Assembly (NCBI GenBank): GCA_002189035.1
Contig: NEEC01000002.1
Coordinates: 5,332,001 to 5,396,000, forward strand
Length of the DNA stretch: 64,000 nucleotides
Direction of reading: 5' to 3'
Source: Utricularia gibba
Lineage: Eukaryota; Plantae; Magnoliophyta
Below are positions 48,718 to 60,779 of the stretch, in pieces (the stretch's first letter is position 1; each line of letters begins with the position of its first letter). The translations under genes and the position numbers were made by a program. Below the pieces are notes generated by a model, which worked only from the letters and a program-made list of their open reading frames with translations, made no database searches and was not told the origin of the DNA.

Positions 48718-49638
48718 TAAGATCCCAATTGCTCTTTCAACATCCTTTCTTGCACACGCTTGATGAGCATCAAATAAACATGCTTTCGAATTTTGAGGAA
48801 GTACAATTGTTTTCATAAAGACGAGGCCATTCAACATAGATCTCATTTGCTAAATAATAACCCATCTTGTAAACTTTTCCATTCACTAAAAATTCAATTG
48901 GAGGGGCAATACCTACGATAGAACATTAAGATCATTATTTGAACCTGAAACTTCAAAGAATGAATGTTATGTCGATGTATACTTAGAGACAACTACTTGT
49001 AAAACAATTATAGAAGAACCATGACTACGAATATATTATCCTTTTTAAGCTATTGAACAATTTTTCCATTCTTTGGATATCACTTTGATTGGGTCTTCTC
49101 AAGTATTCAGTTTCAAACACCTTGCGAACTCCTCTAACAAAGGATCTCAAGCATTTGAGTGCAATAGAAGCTCCAATTCCTAGATATTCATCACAGTTGT
49201 TGGTATCATAACCGTAAGTGAGCATCCTGATTCCAGCTGTGCACTTTTGTATTGTGCTAAGAGACACCCTGCCAATAGCACCAGAATTCTCTTGAAGATA
49301 AGGGCGTGCTTGACATACGTTTTCCATGGCATGCTCCAATAATGAGCAGCGCATCCTAAAATGGCGATGGGACATTTGGTTAGTGTAGGTAGCATTGATT
49401 GAAAAGTAATCAGCTAAGAGACATGTATTTCCATTCTCTCGATCTCTATCAATGTATTCATGCTTTCCTCTTCGTCGATGAGGTGCTTCTTCGTATAGTT
49501 CATCTTCATTATGTATTCTACAACGACGTTGTAGACATCTAAGAATACTCGAGCATAATGAATGTCAAAATTTTACAAAGCATATCTTGATATAGGTTGA
49601 TAAGAAGAGAAGGAGCCATCACCAGAGAAAGAATTCAT
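48718..49638 (-). pseudogene. PIF/Harbinger transposase, N-terminal and central part
   Basis: HEYIDRDRENGNTCLLADYFS...HFRMR...IQKCTAGIRMLTYG...DEYLGIG...YLRRP; GSNNDLNVL; NGKVYKMGYYLANEIY; ARKDVERAIGIL, then an abrupt LTR junction. Frameshifts and stops are present. Confidence 0.9.
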
Positions 49639-49665
49639 TGTGAGAAAGATGACGAGTTAGTGCAA

Positions 49666-50844
49666 TGATAACATATATTTTTGAGTGATTGAATACAGGG
49701 AAATAACTCATATTGTGCTACAAAAATTAAGTTTTACTGTCTAGTTCTATATTTTTGCACATAGTATCGTAATTGTGTTATTTTATTCTTAGTTTTAGAT
49801 TTAGTCCCAACCTTACTTCTAATAATTTCCTTTGAGCAATGCAGCACATGTCGGCAACACAAATCCCAAGGAGCCAGATATGAACAGTGTAGTGGTAGAG
49901 GATGGGACAAAAGTCTAAAAAGAAGTACACACAAAATCCAAGGAAGTGAAAAATGAGGATTTTGGACAAAAATGGGGACAAGATGGAGAGAGAAAAGAGC
50001 TCCCCCATTGGAGCACACAACATAGCTTTCTGGAGACAGTTTTTTAGGGGGAAAGTCGCAGAAGAACCATGGAGGACGAAGAAGAAGATTTTAGCTACAC
50101 TTGAACTTTTCATTTATCAGGAATACTATTCCGAATTAGGAATAGATTTAGCTTTCAGTGTGGACTGTTTATCATCTTTTGTCTTTGTTTATGTTTCTTT
50201 CTTGTTGTTGCACAACGACATGAACATGTTCTAGTTTCTAGGTTATGAAAATGTTTTCCTTTCCCTTGTTATGAGTGGCTAAGTATTTAGGGGTGCCTTG
50301 GGTGTGAAAAGGAGGGATTTGTGTTAATCAATATTTAAACCTAATCAACTATAAGTCACGTCACTTCTTTAACAAATCAGGATAGATTCATGAGAAGGAA
50401 GTAGTGAAACACAGCTTAACAATCCTAATTAGAGATAGACCAAATATTAGGAGGAAAACAAGAGTTCGAGTAGACCTAAACTTTATGTGTTAGTTGTTTG
50501 ATTTGTGATTTGTGTAAGGTTGTTTAGTGATAAGCACACATCTCCTAGGAGTCCCAAGGCATCACCCATTTCATTCCAGGAACAACCGAATTCATAAGCT
50601 TGTTACTTTTCTTTATTTTATTTTATCACAACTTTGTCTTAGTCCTAGTTAAGACCAAATTTATCAACGTGACACTAACTATATACATTGACTTTCACAT
50701 AGCAAATACCTAGCTTCTTGTATTTGACTCTAGTCCACTATACTCATATTTTTCATATGATTTGATGTAAATTAGGTTTATAAATTTTATTTGATAGGAG
50801 AAATTTGCAATTTTAACGACATTGCATAAATTTTTCATTTATCA
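49666..50844 (+). mobile_element. Solo LTR (Athila-type family X) with 5-bp TSD TGCAA
   Basis: Begins TGATAAC at 49666 and ends ...TTTATCA at 50844. TGCAA lies at 49661-49665 and 50845-50849. Homologous to 34034-35131. Confidence 0.9.
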
Positions 50845-51198
50845 TGCAATAATGTGCAGATTTTATACAATGGAGAAGATGGTTGTAGATCTACTTCTAT
50901 CATAAATACTAGTTAAAAGCATTAAGCCTAATTAGATAATATCATTAAATTTTATTAATGGACTCATGTGAGTGCATTGAATCCTTCTATCATTGATGTT
51001 CCCTATACATTATTATAAAGTGAAATAATATGTATCAAGTTAAATCATCATGAAAGACAAAAACAAGTACATACTGATCATCATAAATGAAAATAGTTTG
51101 TTGAAAATCCATTAAGAAAAATGATTTACAATAAAGTTAGAACTTATATATCAAGATTATCATCTAGATCAATAGGTTCATATAACCTTTTTGGACTT

Positions 51199-52060
51199 TC
51201 AAGTGGAGGCTGACTTGTATGAGGATATTGTGATCGAATTAGGAGTCGAATACCCTAATAGTGCACGGTTGCAAACCTCATTGTACAAGTGTTTCTGAAA
51301 ATTACTCATCTTAGAAACATCCATGCCAAGTAATTTCCTCAATTGATGAATAGAGTTAATTACATTATATTGTTGGAACAATTGATTTTGGTACTCTTAG
51401 CTCGAGTGTACTGAATCATTCTTTCTCCTACCCTAGCAAGAGCTTTTTTCTTTTCTTGTGACCATTTTGATTTTGAAATAACTTAGCAGCCTTTTGACCC
51501 ATTAGACTTTCACCATGAGTTGGTGACTCTGCTACTGTTTTTGCAAGCTCAATTAGTATAGTGGACTAAACCAATGATACAGTCCACTATGATTAGTATT
51601 GGTGACTCTTCTTAAGATTTTGCTTCTTAAGAGAATACAAGTAATCTATATTGAAATAAAATCTATAGCTAGTTTTGTTGTCTTTTATTTAGGTTGATCA
51701 CGTAGCATTTTCTAAGCTTCTAGATATAGAAATGGTTTTTCCCCTTTGAAAAAATTCATTGCCATGTCAATTAAATCGTAATTTTTATGACCACTCAGAT
51801 GTTCATGAGGTTACCTATCAAATCTTCTCGAAAAAGCTTGCACCTCGGCACTAAGACGGCTCCATTTTTTTCATCAAACAAGTAGCAACACATGATTGCA
51901 TATTTGATCCATTACTTTGGATTGTCTCGAGATAGTAGGCTTCTACACTTCTACAAAATGAATCATTTCTCTGAAAATTTCCTACTACTGAGTCAATCGA
52001 TGTATTCAACCAAGCTGAAACTTAGAGTAAAACTTCTTTGTCATTCCGTCATTGCAAGGG
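51199..52060 (-). pseudogene. PIF/Harbinger Myb/SANT-like (NAM-associated) second gene, decayed
   Basis: VLL*VSAWLNTSIDSVVGNFQRNDSF...KKWSRLSAEVQAFS...SGHKNYDLIDMAM...FLYLEA*KMLRDQPK*, with C-terminal LRKLLGMDVSKMSNFQKHLY. Confidence 0.8.
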
Positions 52061-53882
52061 AGCGATATCAGCTACAAAAGAAAATATTAATTAAAAATAC
52101 AACAAAAAAAAAACTTTTTAATATAATAGCAACCAAAATTCTAAGATCAATAACACACTCATTCTCACAATTTAATGCTCACATTAGGTGGAAACTTCAA
52201 TAAACGAAAATCAAGAAAATTTTTTTCCAAAAACTAAAGAACACAAGGTATTTTAATCTAGAGAAGAATATATTGATAAATAAATGTTAATGCTTTCTCA
52301 TTTGGAGAAGAACCTGTATTTCATAGTTTTTCAACTAATAAGCTACTGAAACAAAGATGACTCATGAAAAAAAACTTAAACACAAAAGTAAGTGTATTTC
52401 CTCATTCACATAACTATGTAGCGTACCTTTTTGGTTTCCAATTATTCTAGAAAATTGATATCACTAGCACTAAAATAGAATACAAAGAGGAGTTTCTTGG
52501 TAGAAGAAACAAAAGAGCAAAAAATACTGTTGAATAGCGGATCAAGCCTTCAATAAGAGGATCCAATCTTATCTAATAAGAAAAAATAAAACCAATGATG
52601 CAAGAATATCAAGAGCAAATGAATAATTAGAAAAATGTACCCAACTTTATCTGTCAATAAAAGGGAAAAAACTTAAAAGAAGGTGACTTATTGATAGAGA
52701 ATGTGCCGAGAAGATTATGAATAGTCGAAAGAAAGGAGTCACAAATGTGCTAGCAAGATGCTTGATTAGCACGGAAGACACTCAGATTTGTGCCCTAACA
52801 ATGAGAATGAATAATGAATTAACTAATTATTATTTTTTTATTTTGGGTGCGGACAACCCCAAAACACTTTTCTACATTCATGTCCAAAGCCAATGCATAT
52901 GGTATTACAAATAAAAAGATCGGAAACATTTCTGGAGTTACATTTCAATATTTATATTTAAAACAAAAAGGTTAAATTCATGATTTTTTGTAGATTGAAG
53001 GACATAAATGATATTTTTATATAAAATTGTAATAGTTTACTTTTACAAAACATACATTAATTTTAATCAAATATCTTAAAAACATATCTACTAAACATAC
53101 ACTAATTTTAATCACATATCTTAAAAACATATCCACTAAACACACTTTAATTTATAACATTTTCACAAAGGTTTATATAAACAATAATTATTCAAACATT
53201 AGAATAGTAATTTATCCTACCAAACATGTCCATCAAAAAGAAGGCACAAGTAAAAAAAAACTTGAGTTTTTGCTCTTAATAAAATAGATGTGAATTATCA
53301 ATTTTAAATATATTTTTTTATAATCTTGCAATATTTAGTTCCAGTGAAGATAAAACTAACATTATTTTTGTATGCTCCTGTTAATATTTAAATTCTTTAA
53401 AATGTTATGTTTTTTCTATCTAAAAAATAATGCATCAACTAAATCAAAGAAGTAAAAAATATTATTTTTCTTTACACCTCAATTTTTAATAATATATTTA
53501 TCAAACATGTGAGTAGATATAATAATTTTTTATTTAATATCTATTTCTTATTTAATCTGTCTTATATTCATTTTAAAAAATTAAATAAATAACCTTGTCA
53601 ATTTTTTTGTAAAATTTAATTCACAGTTTCTGTACAAAAACATGATATATAAAGCACCGGTAGGTTCCATTTTAAAATTATTTTCTCATAAAATGTTTTA
53701 AAAAAAATATTGGAACTTGGTGGGCGGAAAGAATCTCGGAAGTCGGACAGAAGGCAGCCCGCCGTAAACCCGCTGCTGCTCCTTTCCAACGGGCGAATGG
53801 TGCTTTAAGAGATCTTGTTCCGAAATTCCTGTTCCAATTGAAACGCCCACACTCTGTTGGTCAGTGAAGCCGTAGCTTCGGA

Positions 53883-56800
53883 ATGACTCCCGCTGCTTCC
53901 GACGGGCAGCCTGTTTTTCAAAATCAGGCACCGGATATTTCTTCAGCAAGCAATACCTATTTCTCCCAAAGTTTTGATTCTTTCTCAGGTGGCGTTAGTG
54001 ATTCGAAACCCCGCCATGGAAACTCGGGTCTTCCTAGAGGGTCCCGGCCAAGGCCATCGAGGGTAGGAAGGAAGCAGACGTTGTCTTCTCTTGGTGGAAA
54101 TTTTGTGAATAATCGTGCGGGATCAAATGTAGATGTCTCTGTGAGTTACAATGCTAGTTGTGTTTGGAGTGGTGGAGGTGAAAAGAATGAGGAATCAGAT
54201 GGGACTGCGCATAAGTTATCTTCTGACAGTGATGGCCGCGTTGGAATTAGCTACCCATTATTTGGTTGTAGGATGAATTGCCCAGATGGTTTGAATCTCA
54301 GAGAACTGAATGAAGATGGTTCTTGCTGTGCTTCAAACTCTCACCCTCATTTGGTCACAGGTGACTGTGAAGTTAATACTGCTGGTTTTACATTTGGGGT
54401 AACTAGCAATTCGAAAACTACTAGCGATCATGCCTGCACAAACGATGCTGGTAATGGAAGAAATTTTGTAGATTTTGCGTTCGTTAATAACAGTGAACTC
54501 ATGTCCCATAAGGAAAATGCCTCCTCTAGAAAAACATGTGATGCGAATGCTTGTTTTAATGACGTTGAGAAAAGTGCAGGTACCGGCAAAGAGTTCCAGA
54601 GTGTTTCTCAAAATATTGATGATTCTTCATGGTGTAATAATTGTACTTCAGATATTGATTCCAAATTTCAAGCTGCTGATGCTTCTGATTCTACTTGTGA
54701 GAAAGGCCCTTTATTTAGTGCAACAGTCCAGTTGAGGGGACTAGTTATTGATGATTCTTATCTACATTCTAATAGGACAGGAGACTTTCATGGAAACCCC
54801 TCAATGACTTCCTTTGATGCTTTCATGTTTGGAAGCAGGGGAAAGAATATTAATGATTGTAGTGCACATTCAAATGGGAATGAAAAAGTTAAAGGCAGTT
54901 CTTCATTGCTTGCAGATGAAGTTTTTGTGTTTGGGAGCAGCAAGAAAAATAGTGATAATTCTAGTGTATATCCTAATAGAGTTGAACATTGTCAAGGCAA
55001 TTCTTCATTGAACTCCACAAAAGTTTTCGTATTTGGAAGAAGCAAGAAAAGTAGTGATTATTCAAATAGGATGGGGAAATTTCATGGAAATTCTTCAGTG
55101 AACACCAGTGATGCTTTCGTGTTCGGAAATTGGGAAAAAAGTCTTAATGATTCTTTTGTATACTCTAATGGGACTGAAAATAATGAAGGGAATTCTTCTG
55201 TGAACACTGATGAAGCTCTTGTATTTGGGGCAGCAAAAGCAATATTGATGATTCTAGTGTGCAATATAAAAGGAATGAAGATTTTCCAGCCAATTCCTCA
55301 ATGAAAACCAGTATGGTTCCCAACAATGATAGAATCGTTGATGATTCTAGTGTATATTTTAGTGAAGCTAAGAATTTTGAAGCCAATTCTTCAATGAAAA
55401 CCAGTGAAGTTTTTGTGTTTGGAAGTAGTGGAAAAAATATTGATGTTTCTAGTTCACATATAGGAATTTTTCAAGGAAATTCGTCAGTGAAGACAACCGA
55501 TGTGCTTGTGTTTGGTACTAGCACTAAAAAGACTGATGACGATAGTGCAAATTCTAATGAGACTGAAAACATCAAAAGTAATCCTCCATTGAACACTGGC
55601 AAAGCTTTTGTTTTTGAGAGGCTTGAGGAAAAATCCAGTGTTTGGAAACAAAGTCCTCCAAAAGCAATGAGTATGAAGACTCCAGCTGCATGCAATTTGC
55701 CGCACCAGTCCTTTTTTCAGCTTGTTGATAATGGAAGTCTAGTAAATAGTGCTTTTTCTGAGACGCCATCATCAGTCGACAAAGGTAAAAAGGACCACAG
55801 CAATGCTGCTAGTCAGTGGACTACTCTGGACTCTTCAGTTTCAGGGATTACCACACAAAAAATGAATTATGATCCTCCATTCAATTTTTCTTTTGTCGTT
55901 TCAGGGAGAACTCGAATAACGAAAGTATCAGTAAATCAGTGGGTGTCCAGAAAAGCGTGAAGAAGAGAAGAGAAAAGCTTAGAACAAGAAGAGCATCCCT
56001 GTTGCTGCAAAATAAAGTGTCTTTGAAAGTTGGTCCTACAATCATTGATAGCCCCGCATGCTCTAGTTCACCCATGGATATTTCTCCATGTCAAGATACT
56101 TATACTAGCACTTCACAGAATAGTGAACCCACTTGTACAGGAAAAGAGGAAATTCCTTCATACAGAAATGAAAAATTGGGGCAGGATGAAGCATCCAAGG
56201 ATATCCGCAACAATTACATTTCTTCAGCTTCACTGTGTTCTCATAATGGCATATCAGCATTGAGGCGGCACAAAAAATATAAAGCTAAAGTTACGACAAA
56301 TAATAATGACAAAAAAAATGCTGAGGAGCTCCCGTTGAAGGATGTTGAAGCTTGTGATCAATGGCGGATAAGGTATGTGTAGCGTGTGATGAAAACCTTG
56401 TGACATGGATCTGATTAGGGTTTTCCTCATGTTTTTCTAGGGGAAACCAGGCCTATCATGCTGGTCAACTTTCCAAAGCAGAGGAATTTTACACAATGGG
56501 CATAAACTCTGTCTCACATGATGACGTTCAAGGATGTTCCTTGGAATCAGTTTTACTCTGCTACAGCAACCGTGCTGCTTCTCGAATGTCACTTGGAGGA
56601 TTAGGGAAGCGATTGAAGATTGTAAAAGTGCAGAAGAACTCGATCCAAGATTTTTAAAAGCTACATTAAGAGCCGGGAAGTAAGTCCTTTCTCCTGACTT
56701 TTGGCTCTTGGGTTACCTTGATTTTCTATGGATTTAGTGAAAGCTGCTTGACTTCTTTTTTATATTGTTTATAAGTAGTAGAAAAATAAAAATAAAATAA

Positions 56801-59128
56801 AATTAACCATTCTTAAGAAATGTTGTGCAGCTGTTATCTGGTGTTGGGAGAAGTTGAAGCTGCAATCCTACATTATGATAAATGCCTGAGTTCAGGAAAC
56901 GGTGTGTGCCTAGACAGGAGAATTACCATTGAGGCAGCTGATGGGCTGCAAAGGTCAAGGGTGGGCATTTAAATATGCGGAATGTACAACCATGCTTTTC
57001 TTTGTTGAATTCATTAATTCTCCTAAAAGCTGTGTTGCTATTTTTAGCCTGTGTTTTTTGTGATTTTGGACATATTAGTGATAAAACAAGAAGATTAGCG
57101 TGATTTGTACTAGCAATTTATGCTGCCATACTTCCTTGGTGACTGTATCTCATTGAACTTCTGTGTTTCATAGAAAGTGGCTGAGCTGAGTCATCAGTCT
57201 GCCAAGTTGTTGGAAGAAAGAACAAGAACTGCTGCCAGCAATGCACTTATTAGCATAGAGATGGCCTTGTCAATAAGCTGTTATTCCGAGCGACTACTTG
57301 AGATGAAGGGGAGGCGTTAAGCATTGTTTGTCACATTTAGATTCACACCTTTGTCTGTTAGACACAAGAAAAGTTCCTCGGAAATTGATCTATTTTTGTT
57401 CTTGTAGTTGTGGCGGCATGATGAAGTCATTCGGTTGTGTGAGCAAACCTTGACACTGCAAAAATGAACTGCAATTATTCTGGTCAGCTAGCTGATCATG
57501 ATAGTAAATGTTCCCGTGTGGAATATTGGAGATGGAAAATGCAGATCAAGGCCTATTATCAACTGGGGAGATTCAGCCTGGCTCTTGACTTGATTGAAAA
57601 AAGTCCTGCCAAAACATCCAAGTAAGTTTCACCAGAACTGGTCGTTGGCCATTATTAAATTCCCTATTCACTCTTTATCTCACCTGCAATCCTGTAGGCA
57701 GGAAACTGATGCTCAAGGATCGGTTGCTGCGTTGGCTGCCACCATTCATGAACTGTTATGCTTAAAAGTATGCCAAGTCGTTTTTTGCCTTAAGTTGAAG
57801 ATCTAATGTGATCCATGAGTTCTCTTTTTTTTTTTTTGTTTCAGTGCTCTTCGAAATTTCAACTTCATATTACTTTTTATCTGGTTTTTCAGAGGTCAGG
57901 AAATGAGGCATTTAAAGACGGAAGGTATACTGAAGCCATCGAGCATTACTCTTGTGCTATTTCAAAAAGTTTTGAATCACCACCTTTCATGGCTATCTGC
58001 TTCTGCAACCGAGCTGCTGCATACCAGTCACTCAATCAGTTTGCTGATGGCATATTAGATTGCAGTCTTGCTATTGCTCTTGATGAAAACTACCAAAAGG
58101 TGTGCTGAAATGCCTACCACTAATGTTTCTCTGCTTACCAGCGTTGTTTCAAACAACTGTGTGTTTGCTGATTCATCCATAAGTTTTTCACTGGTCTGGA
58201 TTTCCTTCAACTATAGGCAATATCCCGGCGTGCTACTTTACACGAACTAATCCGAGATTACAAGCAAGCAGCATCTGACCTTCAAAGATTGCTATCTTTA
58301 CTTGAAACGCAGTCACATGCCTCAAAGGATGGCTGTAACAGGGATCAAATCAAGGTCCATGATCGCCTCTCCTATGTCCAAGAGATGACCAAAAAGGAAA
58401 TCCCTCTAGATTTTTACCGCATATTGTAAGTCCTATCTTTTGAAATTCTGACTGGTTCATTCGATCTAACTGGCTAGTTGTCCAAATTTCAACTGCAAGA
58501 CATGAATAACATTTGTATTGCTACTAGGGGGTTCAACGTTCTGATTCAGAGCCTGAGATAAAGAAGGCATACCGAAGGGCAGCCCTGAAGCATCATCCTG
58601 ACAAGGTCTCCCTCCTTTCGCATTGCGTTTCCCCATTGTTTTTTGAATCCTTTTCATTCTGACGCATGTTACATATACTGGCATAGGCAAGACAAGTCCT
58701 GATGCGAAACGACAATGGAGATGATGAAAAGCTATGGGGACTTTGCTTTGATCGAATTCACAGTGAAGCAGACAGGCTATTCAAGATGATTGGAGAAGCG
58801 TATGCCGTACTCTCAGATCCTCAAAAGGTAAACAAAGCACCACATCACATATTGTTCAACTGCCAGCTTTAGATATGTATGTATGTATGTATGCATGTAT
58901 TCACGACCATGAAATTATCTTTTCCAGAAACTGCAATACAACGAAGAAGAGACGCAGAAACTTCGGAAGAATAGCTACCGGACTAATGGCACGTATTCGC
59001 GATCGTCGACATCGCACGGTTCTTCGCCTGGACGGGGGAGTTGGTCTGGGGCACAAGCTGGTTGGAATGCTTCTTCAGCTTCAAGAAGCAGTAGGAATCG
59101 AAGATACTGGAACGATGCATGGGAATAA
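53883..59128 (+). CDS. TPR-repeat + DnaJ (J-domain) co-chaperone, plant TPR15/TPR16-like; reading frame broken by about five -1 frameshifts in this sequence
   Basis: Exons 53883-56372, 56441-56679, 56831-56960, 57174-57325, 57408-57621, 57698-57767, 57893-58099, 58217-58425, 58528-58605, 58687-58827 and 58928-59128. TPR motifs (GNQAYHAG...YSNRAA; GNEAFKDGRYTEAIEHYS...CNRAAAYQ) and a J-domain (IKKAYRRAALKHHPDK; FKMIGEAYAVLSDP). Pseudogene versus assembly error is unresolved. Confidence 0.85.
54785..55625 (+). repeat. Coding tandem repeat, about 8 units of ~100 bp, each with NSSxxT..FVFG
   Basis: Successive motifs DAFMFG, EVFVFG, KVFVFG, DAFVFG, EALVFG, EVFVFG, DVLVFG and KAFVFE, read in the ORFs 53883-55304 and 55259-55960. 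Confidence 0.85.
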
Positions 59129-59663
59129 AAGGACTCAACCACATAAAGGGGACCAAAATTATTGGGATTGTATTGTATTACCAATGCCTGCCATTTACTA
59201 CTTATCTATGCTTCTTGCGCTCCGAGCCAATCATGTTCACCACGTTTTATCTTATGTTTTTTCTTTCACAACAATTTTTATTACTTGTTTTACCTCAAAA
59301 ATAAAGGTTTATTCTGTTTTTTAAATTTTTGATTCAGATTGTTTAGAATATAATTAGTTTTGAGATTATATGAATATAATCAATTTGAAATAGTAAAACT
59401 GTTTAGAGAAATAATGTAATGTTAGTCTGGGCTTTGTTGAATGATTAGGCTGGACAACGCTGATTGAAAATACTGGGCCTTATCGCCAGTTCAGATGGGC
59501 CACTAATTTCTTGGTCGGGCTCTGGACTCACTGACCTGGTCAATTGTGTCAAAGTGGGCAGGGCTAAGTGACTAAAAGACTTGGCCTTGGTGATGGTTGC
59601 GCTGGGCCTTATTCACTGAAAGGGCTAGGGCAAGCAGAGGGTTGGGCGGGGCTTTGTTAACCG

Positions 59664-59810
59664 CCTGGGCTGGACCCGATGAGTTGGACGGGCCAAGATC
59701 GAACCTGCACTGGTCTTTCGACTGATTGGGCTGGGCCATAACGACTACCTGGGCTGCACCACAAGAGTTGGACGGGCCTAGATCGCACATGGGTGGGCTT
59801 TCGACTGATT
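59664..59810. repeat. Two ~63-bp GC-rich direct repeats (84-bp period) within a TGGGCY-rich tract
   Basis: CCTGGGCTG...GAGTTGGACGGGCC.AGATCG...CTTTCGACTGATT at 59664-59727 and 59748-59810. Confidence 0.8.
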
Positions 59811-60779
59811 AAAAATAAAAATTTCCCTAGTATTATATGATTAAAAATAAAAATTTCTTTGATACACATATCCCTTAAGGTATTTGCATGTCTGACAAGT
59901 TTATTAAACATCACAAAGTTTATATTCCATATTATTTTTTTTATTGAAAATAAATATAGTATTAAATAATACACATCAACATTTCATCAATTCATATTCT
60001 TCTCTAGACAATTTCTTTTATATTATTTATATTTATAAAAATTACAAAAAAAAATACTTCAAATTTTAATTACTATAAAGAATATATTCCCCAAGTTTCA
60101 AAATTACCAAAAAGACGTCTTGTACGTCACATGTACGTCTTACATGTGTGCCACGTGTCGCAAACAAAATAAGGATGAAATGTATAAAAGAATATATATG
60201 ATGGAATTTAAGGTTATTTCACTCATTCTTAAGTTTTCCAAAAGAAAGGAGGAGAGATTAGAAGTAAAGGTTACAGTACCTTAGGTGAATGAAGGTTTAA
60301 AGATTGTTTAGAGTATAAGATGTCAAAGTAAGTGACATGATTGCTTTGAAGTTTTATTGGTTTTTGAAACTGTTTTTTACAAACTTATGTGTCTATTTGA
60401 ATTCTCTTACTTTGGATGTGATTTTGAATGTTTTCTTTATAAAAGTTCTTACATTGCACAAAAATACTAATGGGGGAGTAGGTTATGATGAAAACCCTTA
60501 CAATTTCATTTTATTTCAGAAAATTATTTTTGAGTTCCAAAAGTATGATTCTTTTTACAAAGGATAGTAATCCCCTATTACCTTTAAGATGATATGTGCA
60601 ATAAATAAGTTATGAAAGAATAGAGTAGATATGGACATATATCTTCAGCAACGTGATTGTACCATGGACACTATAACTAATATGTTAGGCATGTGTGACA
60701 CATCTTGTATAAATGGAAGGTCAAAAAGTATAAAAGTTATGCAAGATAAGCTGTTTACAAAAAAAAAAAAAAGAAATTC

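Noticed and set aside
53698-53949. 83-aa minus-strand ORF overlapping the TPR-DnaJ start
   Set aside because: It lies in a GC-richer 5' UTR/first exon, with no recognisable domain or splice support.
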